NCBI RefSeq assembly: GCF_055900595.2
Contig: NZ_CM148325.1
Length of the DNA stretch: 64,000 nucleotides
Strand: one strand, 5' to 3'
The notes below the pieces were generated by a model. That model ran no database searches and had not been told where the DNA came from. It saw nothing but the letters and a program-made list of their open reading frames with translations. The position numbers and the translations under genes are program-made. Positions 59,599 to 64,000 of the stretch are shown in pieces; position 1 is the stretch's first letter, and the number at the start of each line of letters is the position of its first letter.

Positions 59599-60792
59599 AT
59601 GAACAAAAACAGAGGGTTTACGCCTCTGGCGGTCGTTCTGATGCTCTCAGGCAGCTTAGCCCTAACAGGATGTGACGACAAACAGGCCCAACAAGGTGGC
59701 CAGCAGATGCCCGCCGTTGGCGTAGTTACAGTCAAAACTGAACCTCTGCAGATCACAACCGAGCTTCCGGGTCGCACCAGTGCCTACCGGATCGCAGAAG
59801 TTCGTCCTCAAGTTAGCGGGATTATCCTGAAGCGTAATTTCAAAGAAGGTAGCGACATCGAAGCAGGTGTCTCTCTCTATCAGATTGATCCTGCGACCTA
59901 TCAGGCGACATACGACAGTGCGAAAGGCGATTTAGCGAAAGCCCAGGCTGCAGCCAATATCGCGCAATTGACGGTGAATCGTTATCAGAAACTGCTGGGT
60001 ACGCAGTACATCAGTAAGCAAGAGTACGATCAGGCTCTGGCTGATGCGCAACAGGCGAATGCCGCGGTAACTGCGGCGAAAGCTGCCGTTGAAACTGCGC
60101 GTATCAATCTGGCTTACACCAAAGTCACCTCTCCAATTAGCGGCCGCATTGGTAAGTCAAACGTGACGGAAGGTGCCCTGGTGCAAAACGGTCAGGCGAC
60201 TGCGCTGGCAACCGTGCAGCAACTTGATCCGATCTACGTTGATGTGACTCAGTCCAGCAACGATTTCCTGCGCCTGAAACAGGAACTGGCAAATGGCACG
60301 CTGAAACAAGAGAACGGCAAAGCCAAAGTGTCGCTGATCACCAGTGACGGCATTAAGTTCCCACAGGACGGTACGCTGGAGTTCTCTGACGTTACTGTCG
60401 ATCAGACCACCGGGTCTATCACCCTACGCGCTATCTTCCCGAACCCGGATCACACTCTGCTGCCGGGTATGTTCGTGCGCGCACGTCTGGAAGAAGGGCT
60501 TAATCCAAACGCCATTTTAGTCCCGCAACAGGGTGTAACCCGTACGCCGCGTGGCGATGCTACCGTACTGGTGGTTGGCGCGGATGACAAAGTGGAAACC
60601 CGTCCGATCGTTGCAAGCCAGGCTATTGGCGATAAGTGGCTGGTGACAGAAGGTCTGAAAGCAGGCGATCGCGTAGTAATAAGTGGGCTGCAGAAAGTGC
60701 GTCCTGGTGTCCAGGTAAAAGCACAAGAAGTTACCGCTGATAATAACCAGCAAGCCGCAAGCGGTACTCAGCCTGAACAGTCCAAGTCTTAA
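59599..60792 (+). CDS. acrA: Multidrug efflux periplasmic adaptor AcrA
   Basis: From MNKNRGFTPLAVVLMLSGSLALTGC (lipobox); the ORF track version has a 12-aa upstream extension. Confidence 0.95.
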   Translation: MNKNRGFTPLAVVLMLSGSLALTGCDDKQAQQGGQQMPAVGVVTVKTEPLQITTELPGRTSAYRIAEVRPQVSGIILKRNFKEGSDIEAGVSLYQIDPATYQATYDSAKGDLAKAQAAANIAQLTVNRYQKLLGTQYISKQEYDQALADAQQANAAVTAAKAAVETARINLAYTKVTSPISGRIGKSNVTEGALVQNGQATALATVQQLDPIYVDVTQSSNDFLRLKQELANGTLKQENGKAKVSLITSDGIKFPQDGTLEFSDVTVDQTTGSITLRAIFPNPDHTLLPGMFVRARLEEGLNPNAILVPQQGVTRTPRGDATVLVVGADDKVETRPIVASQAIGDKWLVTEGLKAGDRVVISGLQKVRPGVQVKAQEVTADNNQQAASGTQPEQSKS

Positions 60793-60811
60793 CTTAAACA
60801 GGAGCCGTTAA

Positions 60812-63964
<3,153 letters not shown>

Positions 63965-64000
63965 TACAACGTGTAATCACTAAGGCCGCGCAAGCGGCCT

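Overview
This window is an Escherichia coli-type chromosomal segment. Positions 1 to about 33.1 kb are a P2-like temperate prophage whose integrase runs off the left edge of the window. From about 33.0 to 34.4 kb there is an array of diverged att-like repeat units with terminator hairpins and two small orphan genes. From 34.4 to 64 kb the conserved core genes copA, ybaP, ybaK, ushA, fsr, ybaL, gsk, aes, hemH, adk, htpG, recR, ybaB, dnaX, apt, ybaN, priC, ybaM, mscK, acrR, acrA and acrB follow, in reverse orientation relative to the K-12 map. No rRNA, tRNA or CRISPR array was seen. The best candidates for an undescribed system are in the prophage: the cargo island between replication gene A and the portal gene (8.3-11.9 kb), and a lone minus-strand two-transmembrane gene in the early operon (3516-4001). 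The island holds several uncharacterised ORFs, a winged-HTH gene, a HigB/HigA-like pair split by a terminator, and a 250-bp stretch of back-to-back perfect palindromes. The tail sheath / tube / tape-measure / U block is also inverted relative to canonical P2 order. All calls come from reading the sequence and ORF track and from recalled protein families; no database search was run. The displayed sequence and the ORF track disagree by one base around 8937-8940, so small-ORF calls in 8676-8940 are uncertain.
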